NCBI GenBank assembly: GCA_000004985.1
Contig: GG738902.1
Source of the DNA: Naegleria gruberi
Taxonomy: Eukaryota
Strand: one strand, 5' to 3'
DNA length: 64,000 bases
This document shows positions 10,398-23,300 of the stretch, piece by piece. Position 1 is the first letter of the stretch. The number at the start of each line of letters is the position of its first letter. A model generated the notes under the pieces. It did no database searches, had not been told where the DNA came from, and worked only from the letters and a program-made list of their open reading frames with translations. A program made the position numbers and the translations under genes.

Positions 10398-11961
10398 ATG
10401 GCACAACATAATTCTTCATCCTCTCCGATCACTGCTTCAAACAATGACCATCAGCAACGAATTCTCAGCAATAATAATAATAATAAGGAAAAGGAAGAAT
10501 TGGGAGAAGATGAAATTTCGATTCCGATCATGGCAACAAACAATGATCAATTAAATAATAAGAATGTAGAAAATGTAATTATTAATAATAATGAAGAAGA
10601 AGAGGATGATCCGATAAGTAATATTGAGGAAAATGTTGAAGAGAAAGGACTTTTACAAGAAACAAGCACGGAACAATCAACAACAGGTTTAACAAGAGGA
10701 AATATTCTTCTCATTTTGCAATATATAGTTTTGTATTTTACCTCGAGTATAGTATTGACGAGTTTTATTAAATTTACTGTCTCGTATAGTAATTTTAGGT
10801 TTCCATTGACGTTCCTAACTCTGCAGATGGGATTGAACACAATTGTTTGTGGAATTATCTCGTTTTTCATTATTAAGAGGAGAGTGACTAGTGTGGCGTT
10901 TGTGAATAGATCGGAGGAAGAGGGAATGTCTGGTGTATCAGCTGTTCCAAATAATAAGGAAATTTACTCACATTTATTCAATTGGAATTCATTCAAATCA
11001 TTGGCACCTTTTGGTGTTCTGACTGGTTTTGACTATGCATGCTCAACTCTTGGTTTGAAATTTATTACCATCTCGCTGTATACAATGCTGAAATCTTCCG
11101 TTCCTGTATTTGTAATGATTATTTCATTTATTTGCAAAATGGAAAAAGTGAAATTTATTTTAATTATTTCAATAGTTTTGATTTCAATTGGAGTTGGAAT
11201 GACATCGAAGGGTACAATTCATTTTGATATTATTGGATTTGTACTAGTAATGGTTGCTGTTGTTTTTACTGCACTACGTAAGTTGTTCAACTTGAAAATC
11301 TCATTCATCATTTTTAGGTCTTGTGATTGCACAATATGTTTTACAACGTAGTAATACTCAAATTATCTACACAAGATTGAGCTCTGCAGAGTCTTTGGAC
11401 TCTCCAACCATTGGAAATCCAAGTACTCCTACGGCTCAACCTTCAACTGCTGCAGCAAGTATTGAAACTGGACAAACATTTGAGTATTTCTATGCCAGGG
11501 ATAGTGGAGAGCAATTCAGAGCTTCTAAAGTAGAAATTTCATCTGTGCAAATCTTCTTCTATACTGCACCTGTCATTGCCCTAACTGTGTTACCAATTGC
11601 TCTCATATTGGAATTGAATTCAATTATATCTGTTTTTTCCAATCTGCAACAAGCAGTCGATGCAACTCACAGTATTCACATGTTGAGATTCCTCTTCATT
11701 TTGAAATTTGTTGCAATGGTATTTGTTGGATCAATGTTAGGTATAATATTGAATGTGAGTGAATTTCTCCTCATCAAACAAACATCATCACTCACTCTCA
11801 CAGTCCTCTCAATCTTTAAAGAATTGCTAATGATTGCCATTGCAGTAATGATATTTGGTGATCATATTGGAGTGTTGGGCTACATTGGATATGGACTCTG
11901 TTTAATAGGCCTAATCATTTACAAGGTCCACCGATTTCTAGATTCTAAATCTTCACATTAG
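10398..11961 (+). CDS. SLC35 / TPT-family (nucleotide-sugar or triose-phosphate-type) transporter with an N-rich acidic N-terminal extension. Two exons: 10398..11277 and 11318..11961.
   Basis: About 10 predicted TM helices are split over two ORFs (…SLYTMLKSSVPVFVMIISFI…; …IFKELLMIAIAVMIFGDHIGVLGYIGYGLCLIGLIIYK). The two ORFs are joined in frame by a 40-nt GTAAGT...TTTTTAG intron with consistent phase 1. Confidence 0.6.
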
Positions 11962-12218
11962 ACTGTTCAATTCTATCATCTTCTAACATATTCATCGAAA
12001 GTGAGCTATTGTGACTTTATAAACTTCATTTCTGTGTGCAATAGTTAAATTGTTTTTGTTTTCATAAAATCCATATTAACATGTGCCGATTCCATTTGCA
12101 CTTCAAAATAAATTTCCAAATTGCGGACATTAAGGGTAACCTTGTAATTTTTGCTGAAATCCCACTAATAGAAGAAGTAAAAAGGAAGATAATTGAAGAA
12201 AAAAAATTGATAATCAAA

Positions 12219-12737
12219 ATGAGCGGTGAAAAGGACGTTATGATTGCCTACTTGTTGTGGTTCTTTGTGGGTATGCTTGGTATTCATAGGTATGTGGATA
12301 GTGTTTGTTGCATTATTAATTGTGTCCCGTATGATTTTTTATATTGTTGTTATTGATGATGATCAAATTGATAATGTTGATGGTATGATGCTGATCATTT
12401 TGTGTAGATTCTACTTGGATTCACCAGTGATGGGTATTGTTTACTTCTTAACCGGTGGTTTATGTGGTGTAAGTTTATAATATTATTAGTACATATTAAC
12501 ATGTTTAATTTATCTTTATTAATTTTGATCATCTTCACATCTAATATTTAGATCGGTTGGTTAATTGATATCTGTTTAATTCCGGGTATGGTTGAAGATT
12601 GCAATAGACAATTCTCTACCATTCATCACACTACCACCACTACCTATGTTACTACTTCACCAACTCCTCAACAACCAATGTATGGTTCAGGCTACAGTCA
12701 ACCAACTGTTTATCAACAACCAACTACCTATGTTTAA
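12219..12737 (+). CDS. TM2-domain protein encoded in three exons: 12219..12289, 12408..12468 and 12552..12737.
   Basis: The spliced product [57 protein letters not shown]... reconstitutes the TM2 signature (LW.F.G..G.HRFYLG...G..GIWWLIDL). The donors are GTATGT and GTAAGT and the acceptors are TGTGTAG and ATATTTAG. The tail is Q/T/P-rich. Confidence 0.7.
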
Positions 12738-12989
12738 ATAACATGAAGCATCATTCTAACAATTCATTAATAACAACAAATATTTGGCTTATTAGAGTTT
12801 CATCTAATTTTCCAAAAATTGCAATAATAAAAAAACAAATCTATTTATTAAATCGATAATTATTTGACCATCTAATTCAAATTACCAGTAGTATCCGGTC
12901 AACATTCTTCACTTATCATTCGAATCTATTAATTGATCAAACCAATTAAATAATTAATAAATTGCCAATCATCAATATTATATTAAAAA

Positions 12990-14669
12990 ATGAATAATCA
13001 ACAACCGCCTCCATTTCTCAACTCTTCCCAATATCAGCAGCAACAACAACAATACTCGAATAATACAACAGGATCGGGTGTTGTTGGAGGCTATTCAAAT
13101 GTTCCTCATCCACTTGATCCACTCTCTTCGCAGAGAATGACCACTTCCTTTTCAGCATCACCTCTTCCACCACTTCCTCAGGGTCATCATCATATTAATC
13201 ATCAACATTATCAATCATTTAATCAGCCTTCACCAACACTTTCTGGCGGTATGAATACGAGTGGTTATTTAAGTACGACAGGAGGTATGCCACACTCTCA
13301 TAGTTCTTCATCAATTGCTTCTGCAACTTCATCGGTTGGTGTTGGACAACCACCAGAATATATGATGCGTTCGGGAACTGTATTTACTGCTGGTCCTGGT
13401 ATTGGAAGTTCAATTTCACTCTCACAACAACATGAAGCTGTCAGAGCCTTTTTGAAGGGAAATGATTTTCCAATTAGAACACCTAAAAAAGTACAAGACA
13501 TCAAGGGAACTTCATTGGAAGAATGTGTAGAATTGGCAAAAAGTGAATCATGGAAAGAATTTTTAAAAGTATGTGAAAAACAAGTCAAAGAACCTGGTCA
13601 ACAGCATATTATGTTACAATGGAGATTATCTCAATTGGTCACACTTTTGAGATTGAATCAAACTGAATATGCTCAAATGTGTATCGATAGTATGGGAGAT
13701 TTGGAAAACAATTCCACCTATTTCTATGAGAAATATCCAAATATTTACAATGTAAATCAACAAAGCAAGACTGGTAACATGATGCCATTTACAATTTTGA
13801 TTATCAAGGCCATTCTTCCACTATTACAATATTTAAAGAATCCAAATGCTCAACAACAACAACAACAGCAGCAACAGAGTCAAAATCCAAATCTCCCTCC
13901 CCTTCCAGGGAGTGATGGATCTGCAATTGCTATGGAAAGATTGTATGCCCTGTTGAAGATTTGTGCAGATCAAATCAAAGAAGGTGGTGGATTTTTGTAC
14001 AGTAAGAGATGTAAACTTCATTCCAAAATGACTATTGTCTACACACCATTCGAAGGAACACAAGAAGAATGGAAGTTGAGAGAACAAAGAGTTGTATTTT
14101 ATATTATTACTTGTCACATTGCTAGAAAGGAATACTATTTGGCAATTCAAATTTTGGAAAAGCTGTTAAAGCATTACTCTGGTTTGATAGAATCAGATTT
14201 TAGTACTTATCAAAGACTCGAGTCATTGTTGGGTTGTTTATATCTTCAACAAGGTCTTTTGAAACCAGCAAGAGATCACTTTGTAAATGTAGAAAAGAGA
14301 GAAACAAATCCAGAAAGATCAACCCTTGTCAGAGCAAACAGTGGTTATCTCAAGTTTGCTTATGGCCATTTTGTAGATGCTTGTAAAGAGTTTACATTCA
14401 TTCTTACAGAGTTGGATCCTCTCAGTGTCAATGCTGCCAATAATAGATCTATTTGCATGTTGTATATGTGTGAACTTGGGAAGGCTATTGATGGCGTTGA
14501 GGAATTTGTGAGACAAGATCCAGCTGTTACTTTGGAACATAATTTAGTCTATAACCTCTGTACATTATACGATTTGGAGAGTACTGAGAGCAGTGAAAAG
14601 AAGATGATTATTAGCTCTCTAGCTCACAGATTTAAAGGAGACGATTTTGGAAATTGGATTATCCAATAA
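12990..14669 (+). CDS. Q-rich protein with C-terminal TPR-like helices. It may be related to TRAPPC12/TTC15, at low confidence.
   Basis: Long ORF with a polyQ and low-complexity N-terminal half. The C-terminal half contains paired amphipathic helices (…YYLAIQILEKLLKHY…LLGCLYLQQGLLKPARDHF…). Confidence 0.4.
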   Translation: MNNQQPPPFLNSSQYQQQQQQYSNNTTGSGVVGGYSNVPHPLDPLSSQRMTTSFSASPLPPLPQGHHHINHQHYQSFNQPSPTLSGGMNTSGYLSTTGGMPHSHSSSSIASATSSVGVGQPPEYMMRSGTVFTAGPGIGSSISLSQQHEAVRAFLKGNDFPIRTPKKVQDIKGTSLEECVELAKSESWKEFLKVCEKQVKEPGQQHIMLQWRLSQLVTLLRLNQTEYAQMCIDSMGDLENNSTYFYEKYPNIYNVNQQSKTGNMMPFTILIIKAILPLLQYLKNPNAQQQQQQQQQSQNPNLPPLPGSDGSAIAMERLYALLKICADQIKEGGGFLYSKRCKLHSKMTIVYTPFEGTQEEWKLREQRVVFYIITCHIARKEYYLAIQILEKLLKHYSGLIESDFSTYQRLESLLGCLYLQQGLLKPARDHFVNVEKRETNPERSTLVRANSGYLKFAYGHFVDACKEFTFILTELDPLSVNAANNRSICMLYMCELGKAIDGVEEFVRQDPAVTLEHNLVYNLCTLYDLESTESSEKKMIISSLAHRFKGDDFGNWIIQ

Positions 14670-14674
14670 ATTTA

Positions 14675-17600
14675 TTATTGGCTTGTCATTTTGACCACTT
14701 CAGATGTTGGAATTGTCAATGCTTCCATATTGTCGTCGTGATATATTTCAGTAGCATTTTGTACTGGTGGTAAAATAATAGTGCTGTATGGAGGAGGTAA
14801 TATTCCATTACTTACTGGCATATTTCCATATGCTGTAGTGTTGACAGAAGGAGGTTCATAAGAATAATATGCAGTTCTTGGTGGAGATCTTGGAGGACTC
14901 GAAGTAAATGCTGATAATGGTTGAGGATATGGAGTATAGATTGGAGGTGGAGTATTGAGTATTGGTACATCAAACATTTCATACTCATTTCTTCTCTTGT
15001 TGAGAGGAGTATTGGCTTCCTTAGTTGGGAAGAAGACTTCATAGTCAGCAAAGGTATGTGTAGTCTTATTGGTTGAACTAGTTGGACTTCTGTGAACAGA
15101 TTGTTGTTGAGGAGTAGTATAGATTGACTGCTGTTTCTTATTGAGTGGTTTACCACTGGTTGATTTGATTGATTTAGAACTACTACTTGGAGGAGCTTTG
15201 ATGGCACACTTCTTTCTCTTTGGTGCTTGAATGCAAGCAATGAAAAGGAATAAAAAGAACCAAATAGCAAAACCAAGAAGGAATAACCCAAAGGTTGCTG
15301 CAATACATAGATATCTTGCAAGCTCAAATTTGTTTGGAACATAGAGAACCTTTGATCCTTTGCATTGTAAATTACTCCAACCAACAGCACTCAAACCACC
15401 CTCAATGTTTGCCACTTCGAGTGGAGTGGTTGGTTTGTTGGAATTTACGAAAAACTCAGTAATAGGATTAGATGTTGAATGTACATTCAAACACTTGTAA
15501 GTATTTCCAAGTGTGATCATCTCAAAATCAGTATACACTGAATCAGTATAAGTACCAGATTGGACAACACAACAAGCATAGGCAGAATTACTTAATAACA
15601 ATTCGACGTTTGTGTCTTTCATCAAGCTTACTGTTTCAAAGATGGTGATACCTACAACAGATCCAAATCCTCCCAACCATAACACTGCAAGTAGTAAAAG
15701 CATTGTTCCCACTATAAACACAGAGCAATACCTCCTTTTTCTTTCATCCTGACTTTTAACACATCCTCTGCAAACTCTGATGGCAAGAAACATGGGAAGA
15801 GTTGCGAACAGAGCAGGAATGAATGATTCCCACTCCTTTTCATTTTCAATGTTAATCTTCTTTTTCCTGATTGTTTGAATACAGAATACGCAAGTGAAAA
15901 AGAGAGAATACAAGAGAACAATACCAACAATACATCCAGCAGTAATATACGACTCAAAGAAGTAATTTTCAAGGTACACGTTTTCCCCAGATTCTACATT
16001 TTCAGCAGTTCCTCTGAACGAAGCACTTGCAAACGTTTGATCTGTTGGGAATCTTATTAAAATCTTTGAGTATGTTGCAAGTTTGGAAGCATCAACATCC
16101 AAGATGAATTTGAGGGCTTTCAAGGTTGTTTGATGTTGCTTGTAGACATAGTCGTTTCTTGTGGGAGTAATTGTTTCCAACTTGTTTGGATATAACGAAA
16201 TTGCGTATACTGTTGGAGTCGGAACTGAGGTAAATTGTTGACTGAATAATTCAATCAAATACTGTCCAGTGTCTTTGGCATCACTGTAATCCACTTCAAC
16301 AATAGTTCCAGGGTTTACAACAAATTTGGTCAAGTAAGAAGATGATGAGATTGAAGCCTTTGATGGGGTTGTTGTCATTAAATAACTGAACTTGGCTTGA
16401 GAGGAAAAAGAGGAAGAATCGCATGATTGGGGAGAATATGTTTCCAGAGGATGTATGAGCATATAGATAGCCTTATCTTGTAGTTTCAAATATGGAGTGT
16501 TCACAAAAGATGTACCTGAACTAGTCTCAAAGATTATTCCATTTTCGTATCCAATAATGTTGACCTTGTAATTGGTTTGAGATGAAATATCTAGCTTAAT
16601 ATTATAGTTATTAGAGTCTACAGGTTTTCCTACCCCAAGATAAATATTGTACTTCCTACCTGATAACATTAAATTTTGACTGTCCATCAACATTGTAATT
16701 TGGAAATTATTAGAAACAGTATTTACAACCATTCGTTGCGTTACATCTTCTGTTGGAGAAGCATAATATGGTAATTGAATTGTATTATATCCAGGTGAGG
16801 AGAGAGAGAAGGCAAGTTGAGGGGAAGATATGGATTGTACAACATAGTTAACTGTTGTATTTGAAATTGTAAAGGCAGGATCTAATTGAAGGTTAAATTT
16901 CCAAACTCCATTAAGGGATGGCTGAAGCCATGTCGAAATACCAATAGTGTTTGTGAATTCATTCAGACAGTTAACAGTGACAGTCTTAGAAAAAGCAAGA
17001 ACAAATCTCTGAAGAGTTCCTTGTGCGGCTGTTAATTTCAATGTTGGAGGTGTTAAATTGAATTGACCCTGACTTATTACCGGTTGTAAATTCTGAACAG
17101 TTACAAAAGCAAGAAGGTAACTGTCCTCTGTTGGGTTATAGGAGATATAGTAAGGGTAGGATCCTGTTGAAGATTGAGGCAAAGCTTGGCTGTAAACACC
17201 ATCAAGGGGCAGGGAGGGTGGATTTAAGTACATGTTTGGAATTGAAAAGGACAATACTGCAGAACAAGTATCACAATTGTTCTCTACAATCACTATCAAT
17301 GATCCAATAGGAATTTGCTTAAATGAGATTATGTGTGTATAAGTGTTTGAAGCAGAAATGACTTGGTGGGCTTTTGAAACATCGAGAGTGATAGGCATTT
17401 CACCACTTTGGATAATGAATAAATAGTATGGACGAGTGGAGAGTGCAGACGTAGAAATTTCTATATCTTGTGGTGTATTATCCCGAGTGGAGTAGCTTAT
17501 AATTTTTAAGGCATTTACCTCACCATTAACAATTGGTTTAGGAATTGTAAAAGATTGATCAATAGCCATACTCTTAATGCCTTAGTAGTTGAGTTAATTA

Positions 17601-19143
17601 TTTTAACAATTGGCTTATACTTACTCTTTTTCAACATTGTAATAGTACCTGTGGTGTTAGAAACTTTACTATTCGTGATCTTGAAAGTTAGAGATGTTGC
17701 TCCATTCAGTTTAGAATTTAACAATGTTGATGGAATAATAAAGGAAGTGGTTGTGACAGAGATTTGAGGAATCGTTATTGTCTGTAATGTGGCGGAAGAT
17801 GATACAACAATCGTTCCGTTGAAGGTGCTGTTAAAACTAATGTAGGTCTGAATGAAAGCAATCGCTGTGGTAGTGACATACGAAGCAATGATAACTCTCT
17901 TTGAATTATCAACCTTGAATGCTAGTGCTTTTTCATAAACTGAATAATAGGTATTGGGAGAATAAGGATCGACATTGACTGTCGAGTTGCTATTTGTTGT
18001 GGTATTATTATTACTTGCAGTATTGTTGGATGTCTGGGTTGAATTTGTGATTACATTACTAGTAGAATTGACAGACGAATTGGGTATGCCAGTATTATTT
18101 GTTTTAGACAAGTATGTGAGCGAGATTGAGGAGGATTGAACTCTTGAGCTTATCAAAGGATCATAATATTTTCCATTCATACGAGTTGCGTAAGTAACAG
18201 TGGAAGTGGTATTTGTTGTGATATTGCTGTCGTTTCTCCATTTATACATGATGTAAACTTGAATTGATTGACTGGCTTGTAATGTCACATAACTGACATA
18301 AAGACTGGCTGTGTTTGAGCTGCTTATTGGTATGAGAGTATATGATTTGATGGCTGTTTGTACATTTGTTGAATGATTAACCCTAACAAGCTTTACAATT
18401 GAAATATCGAGGTTTGAAATGCTTAGAGATTCGAACTTGATATCCAGATATACGTCTGTTATTGTATCTATACCAGAGTTTTTAATGGTCACAACATTGG
18501 TTGAATTTCTATTTGATTGATTTGATGCAATGACTACCGTTGATGGTTTTGAAGTGATACCCAAATCCACAACAGGTGTTGTTGAAGGAACATAACACAG
18601 ATACAAATACATGGATTGAATTAACAATTCCTCTGGTGTCAATCTCTTCAATGTCAGCTTGTTAGAATAATCTTTCAAATACACATACGAAAGACCAGTA
18701 ACATCCACACTTGATGCTTTCGAAATTCCCAAATTACAAGCATCCTTCGTACCACAATAAACACTGGGATTCAGATAGGGATATTTCATTATATTCAAAT
18801 CATTAATAAGCATTGAATAATTTGCTGAAAAACTCGATGAGGAGGAACATGAAGTAAATCGATAATTAATTTTCGATCCAACCATTCCCTGATAAATCAA
18901 TACTTTCCTACTCGACCCACCAGTATATGAAAATGTTCCATTCAATGAGGTACTTTTCCAACTCTTGTTATAATCATTGCAAACGTAGGAATAATAATTA
19001 TTGGGTGTAAAGAAAACTTCAACATTCTCGCATGTGGGTGAAACATTCTGACCGAAGACTGTAATGTTATTATGTATTACTAGGAAGAATAATACAAGGA
19101 AGACTATTTGATAAGCATTTAAAACTTTTGCAATATTTATCAT
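14675..19143 (-). CDS. Large S/T/N-rich, mucin-like transmembrane surface glycoprotein. It is read as two overlapping ORFs (17515..19143 and 14675..17569) that probably form one gene.
   Basis: The upstream ORF has a signal peptide (MINIAKVLNAYQIVFLVLFFLVIHN) and dense N-x-S/T sites. The downstream ORF continues the same composition. It ends with several TM helices and a proline-rich cytoplasmic tail carrying PPxY-like motifs (PPPYSTI, PPIYTPYP). The junction at 17515..17569 is unresolved; it may be a 54-nt intron or a frameshift. Confidence 0.5.
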
Positions 19144-19654
19144 GTTGATGTTGTTGGTAATAGTTGTATTTAAGAGTTAGGTATTTATGATGATTGTTGT
19201 TTTTATAATCCGATAATGATTATAGCATCATTAAGAGACTATGTTTTTCAGCTATTCTTTTAATGTTGTTATTGTGCTTATTTAAAAATTCTAGTGGAGG
19301 GATAATTCATTTCCATTTGAGAAAAAAATCCCAACTCAGAATTTGCATCTCCTATTCTCTCTGTAGTAAAAAATGGCGCCTTTAAAAAAACATCAACAAG
19401 CCTATCAAAGCACATTAAGGTCAATGTTGATAAAAAAACTGTATTGTGTAAAGGGAACTCGAGTTTGTCGTTGAGGATGTATAGTTGAATACAATGACAA
19501 TATATTCGGATCCCTTTGAAAGGGAATACGTTTCATGTAACATGTTGTGATGCCTTTTCATGAACAAAAGATATTAAGCTGGTCTGGTTAATACATCTAT
19601 TAGTGTTATTCTCAATTAAAATGATGGGATTGGATTAAAAAATGGTCAGTTTTA

Positions 19655-19897
19655 TTATAAACCAGGGTAACTATCAACAAACTCAACAGTGAAATCAGGA
19701 TAATCCTCAACGATTTGAATCTTGAAATCTGGGTAGCTGTCAACTTCTTCCCAAAGACCAACACTGATTGGATAACTATCAACCATTTGAACTCTGAGAT
19801 CAGGATAACCGTCAACTACTTGTACCTTATAATCAGGGTAGCTATCAACAAATTCAATCTTTCCAAAGATTTTAGCAAGTTCTGATTTAGAAACCAT
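19655..19897 (-). CDS. Small 80-aa protein made of six tandem 11-residue repeats (VDSYPDFKVQ.).
   Basis: ATG in strong A-rich context. The protein is MVSKSELAKIFGKI followed by EFVDSYPDYKV / QVVDGYPDLRV / QMVDSYPISVGLWEE / VDSYPDFKI / QIVEDYPDFTV / EFVDSYPGL. The period is 11 with alternating hydrophobic and polar residues, which looks like beta-strand repeats. Confidence 0.45.
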   Translation of the reverse strand: MVSKSELAKIFGKIEFVDSYPDYKVQVVDGYPDLRVQMVDSYPISVGLWEEVDSYPDFKIQIVEDYPDFTVEFVDSYPGL

Positions 19898-20337
19898 TTT
19901 TTTTTGTTTTGTGTAATGAATAAACGTGTGCGGTTTTATCCACTTGCAGAATGCATGTGTGTTAGTTGCAGTGAGGAATAATCGGAACTAATAATGTTTG
20001 ACCTTAATTCTCTGTTCACTGAATGTTACATGCATTTGGAGACAAAACTGGATCTAACCAAAGACCAGGATGAGGGTGGGATTTTCTTTGTAATCCTCTC
20101 TCTTCTCAGTTAAACAATAAGAACACCCTCAGAGAAAATTCAATTTCTATCATGGGTCAACTACAAGTATAGGATACTTCTGACAAACATAATTCAGTTG
20201 ACCTTCACTGGAAAGTTCATACCTTGATCCAAAACCAGTCCTCAAAAGTTCATTATTTTTATTATTAAAAAAAATTGCCAAGTCCTTTGTTGGAGGTTTG
20301 AAATTCATCGTCGTCGTCTTTGAGAAGGATAATAATA

Positions 20338-23300
20338 ATGGCCAGTAGCAGTAATAATAATTGTATTCTCACCACATCGGATGATGGTGACTCTATCTAT
20401 TTTGTCTCATCACGGGATAAGCAACATACACTCAAGCAATTACAAACGAGTACGGAACATTTTCAAAAGAAGGAATACAAAGTAGCCATTGAAATATTGG
20501 AGAAGTGTGTTCAGATACCCTCGGATACATTGATCACTGTTTCAGGGTGTGATTTCAATGATGGAGAATGTATCAAGGGAATAGCTGAACAAGCTGATAA
20601 ACAAATTGTTGAATTAATTGGAAAGATGTTTATCACTAAAGGACTTTGCTATTTTAATTCGACAATTGTTGCTGAGAGTGATGAAAAGAAGGATCTGTAT
20701 TTTACTAAAGCACTGCAAGATTTTGCTGCAGTTGCCAGACACTACAAACTGTACAAACAATTGTATTATTATGATAATCAACAATCACTCTTGCAAGATA
20801 TCGATGGCTTGTATGTATTTGTTACAACTATGAAGTCGTACTTCCTTGAGGGAAGATGTCTTCAACAATTGAGGGGATATCAAGTGGACGGAATTTCATC
20901 TCTGGAGAAGGCAGTCATTGCATTTAGTGAGGCAATTCAAATGGCCGAGTATTTGAAGAGTAATTCATCAGGGGTGGCCAGTGAGAAGGTTTGTCTCTCT
21001 GCTCTCGAACAATTGCCACAATATTATCTCAATAGAGCCCTCTCTCATAATGATATCAATTCTTACAGACCAGCAGAGGCCGATTTTACGAGTTACATCT
21101 CACTGATTGGTAATACTAACGATAAAGAAAGAAAATCTACATTATTCATGATTGCTTATCATAATAGAGGAATTTCACTTTCCTACATGCAAAAGTACGT
21201 GGAGGCAATTGAGGATTTCACAAAATCAATTGAACATTACCAGGAAATTCCACAAAATAGTCCAGACAAGAAACAACAATTTGATAGCTTTTTAGAAACT
21301 CACTCCAAAAGGGCTAAAGCAATTCATAGATTCATTGTGGATCATGTACACGACTGCAGAGATAATAACGACAAAGCAATGATGGACAAGATTTTGAAAC
21401 TCAAAACTCTTGCATGTGAAGATTTTGAATTTGTAAGCAAACACAAGCCTAATAGTGTTTATAATAATCATTTCAACACGAGCCAAATTTTGAATATGGT
21501 GGCAACCATTCTCTCCCCAATATTACCAAAGGAAGTTCAATTTGAGCTTTACTCTCAATCTATTCCACACTTGAGAGAATGCATCAAACAGGGAAATAAC
21601 TACAAGACAAGTTTGGATCTTGCTAAAGCATTGTCAAAAACTGGAACTGGTCAAAATGAAGAAATTCTCGATTTGTATAATAGAGCTGTGAAATTATTGG
21701 ATGTTGAATCAAGCAAAAAAGTTTCTGGAGAGCAGAAGGCAAATATATTCTTTGAGAGAGGAGTTTTGTACAACAAAATGGAAAGAGTAGAACAAGCCAT
21801 TATGGACTTTACTACTTCTATTGATTTACATCAACAGTTTTTGGAAGCTTACTTTAATAGAGCCATTCTTTATTATACTAAAAGTAGAAATACAATTTTA
21901 GCTATTAAGGATTTGGAAAAAGTTATTGAAATCGATCCTAAAGATACCACTGCCTTGATAGAACTGGCAGTTTTATTGGCCTCTAATGGTCAAGTTGAGG
22001 AAGGTACCAAGAGATTGAATCAAACCTTAGAATGTGACCCAAACAATGAAACAGCTCACAAATATTTGAAAATTCTCCAAGAAAATGAATCTCCTCTTCC
22101 CTCCAATGATATTTTCGAGATTAGAGAAGATCATGTCGAGGAAGTGCCTTTCACTATTCGTCAAGTTCAAAGACCCACTTCTGACAACTTTGGATTCAAA
22201 CTCTTCAAAAAGAAGACTAAGGAGGTTGATCCTGAAGAACAACTGAAGCAGTCAGTACCTCCACCAAAAACAAGATCTACCAATTCAATGTTTTTGGACA
22301 ACTCTCTTCCACCAATAACCAGTTCCATTCTAGGAGCTGGAACTAGAGCAGATTTTGATCTTCCACCTCACATTGTAAATTTGGATACAGATCTTGTCTG
22401 GTTACGTCCTTCACAAATAACTGGTGTAACCAAGCCAGCACTTTTTGTCGATGGTTCCAATTATAAGGATGTCATTCAAGGTTCTCTTGGTAATTGTTGG
22501 ATGCTTAGTGCAATGGCCATTGTTGCTTCTCATGATTTTGTAATGAAAAAGGTTGTTGTTGAATCAAAAACAAACTCTGCAATTGGAAAATACACATTTT
22601 GCCTTTTCAAGGAGGGACGGAATAAGGAAATTACTATTGATGACTTGATTCCTTGTGATGTAACTACAAATTCGTATGTGTTCTCCAGATCAGCAGATCC
22701 CAACGAGTTGTGGGTGCCACTGTTGGAGAAGGCTTACGCAGCTCTCTATGGAAATTATTTCTCCTTGAAGGGAGGTCATTTGAAAGATGCTCTCGTTGAT
22801 CTTACTGGTGGTATTTCATTTTCATATGATATTGACCCAAAAAAGATTGAGGAAGTGTGGCAATACCTTTCGTGCCTACCAAAGCAAAACAGCTCAAGTA
22901 GCTCCTTCAAATTGATGGGTGCAAGATCCGAGACATCAGCTTCTGACTATACTGGTATTATCAATTTCCATGCCTATGCTATTTTGGATGCTATAGAGTT
23001 CCCTCCACATTTAACCAATAGTCAGAGAGTAAGATTAATCAAAATGAAAAATCCTTGGGCTAACGGAATTGAATGGAAGGGAGAGTGGTCAGATTATTGC
23101 CCTCGCTGGAGTCCAGAGCTTAGAAAATATGTAGGAAATGACTTTAATTCTCAAGATGGTATTTTTTACATGTCATTGGAATATTTTGTTGTCCAATGGA
23201 ATATGATTGAAGGTGTGGAAATTTTCGTAAATGGAAAATGGAATGAATTCTTAGCGACTGGAAGATTTGATTCAAATATTAGAAGCGATAACAATTGGAT

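Noticed and set aside
13298-15972. Antisense ORFs of 60-190 aa inside large genes, for example 13298..13588, 13833..14150, 14812..15390 and 15712..15972.
   Set aside because: They are overlapped entirely by longer, motif-supported ORFs on the other strand. They have biased composition and no start context.
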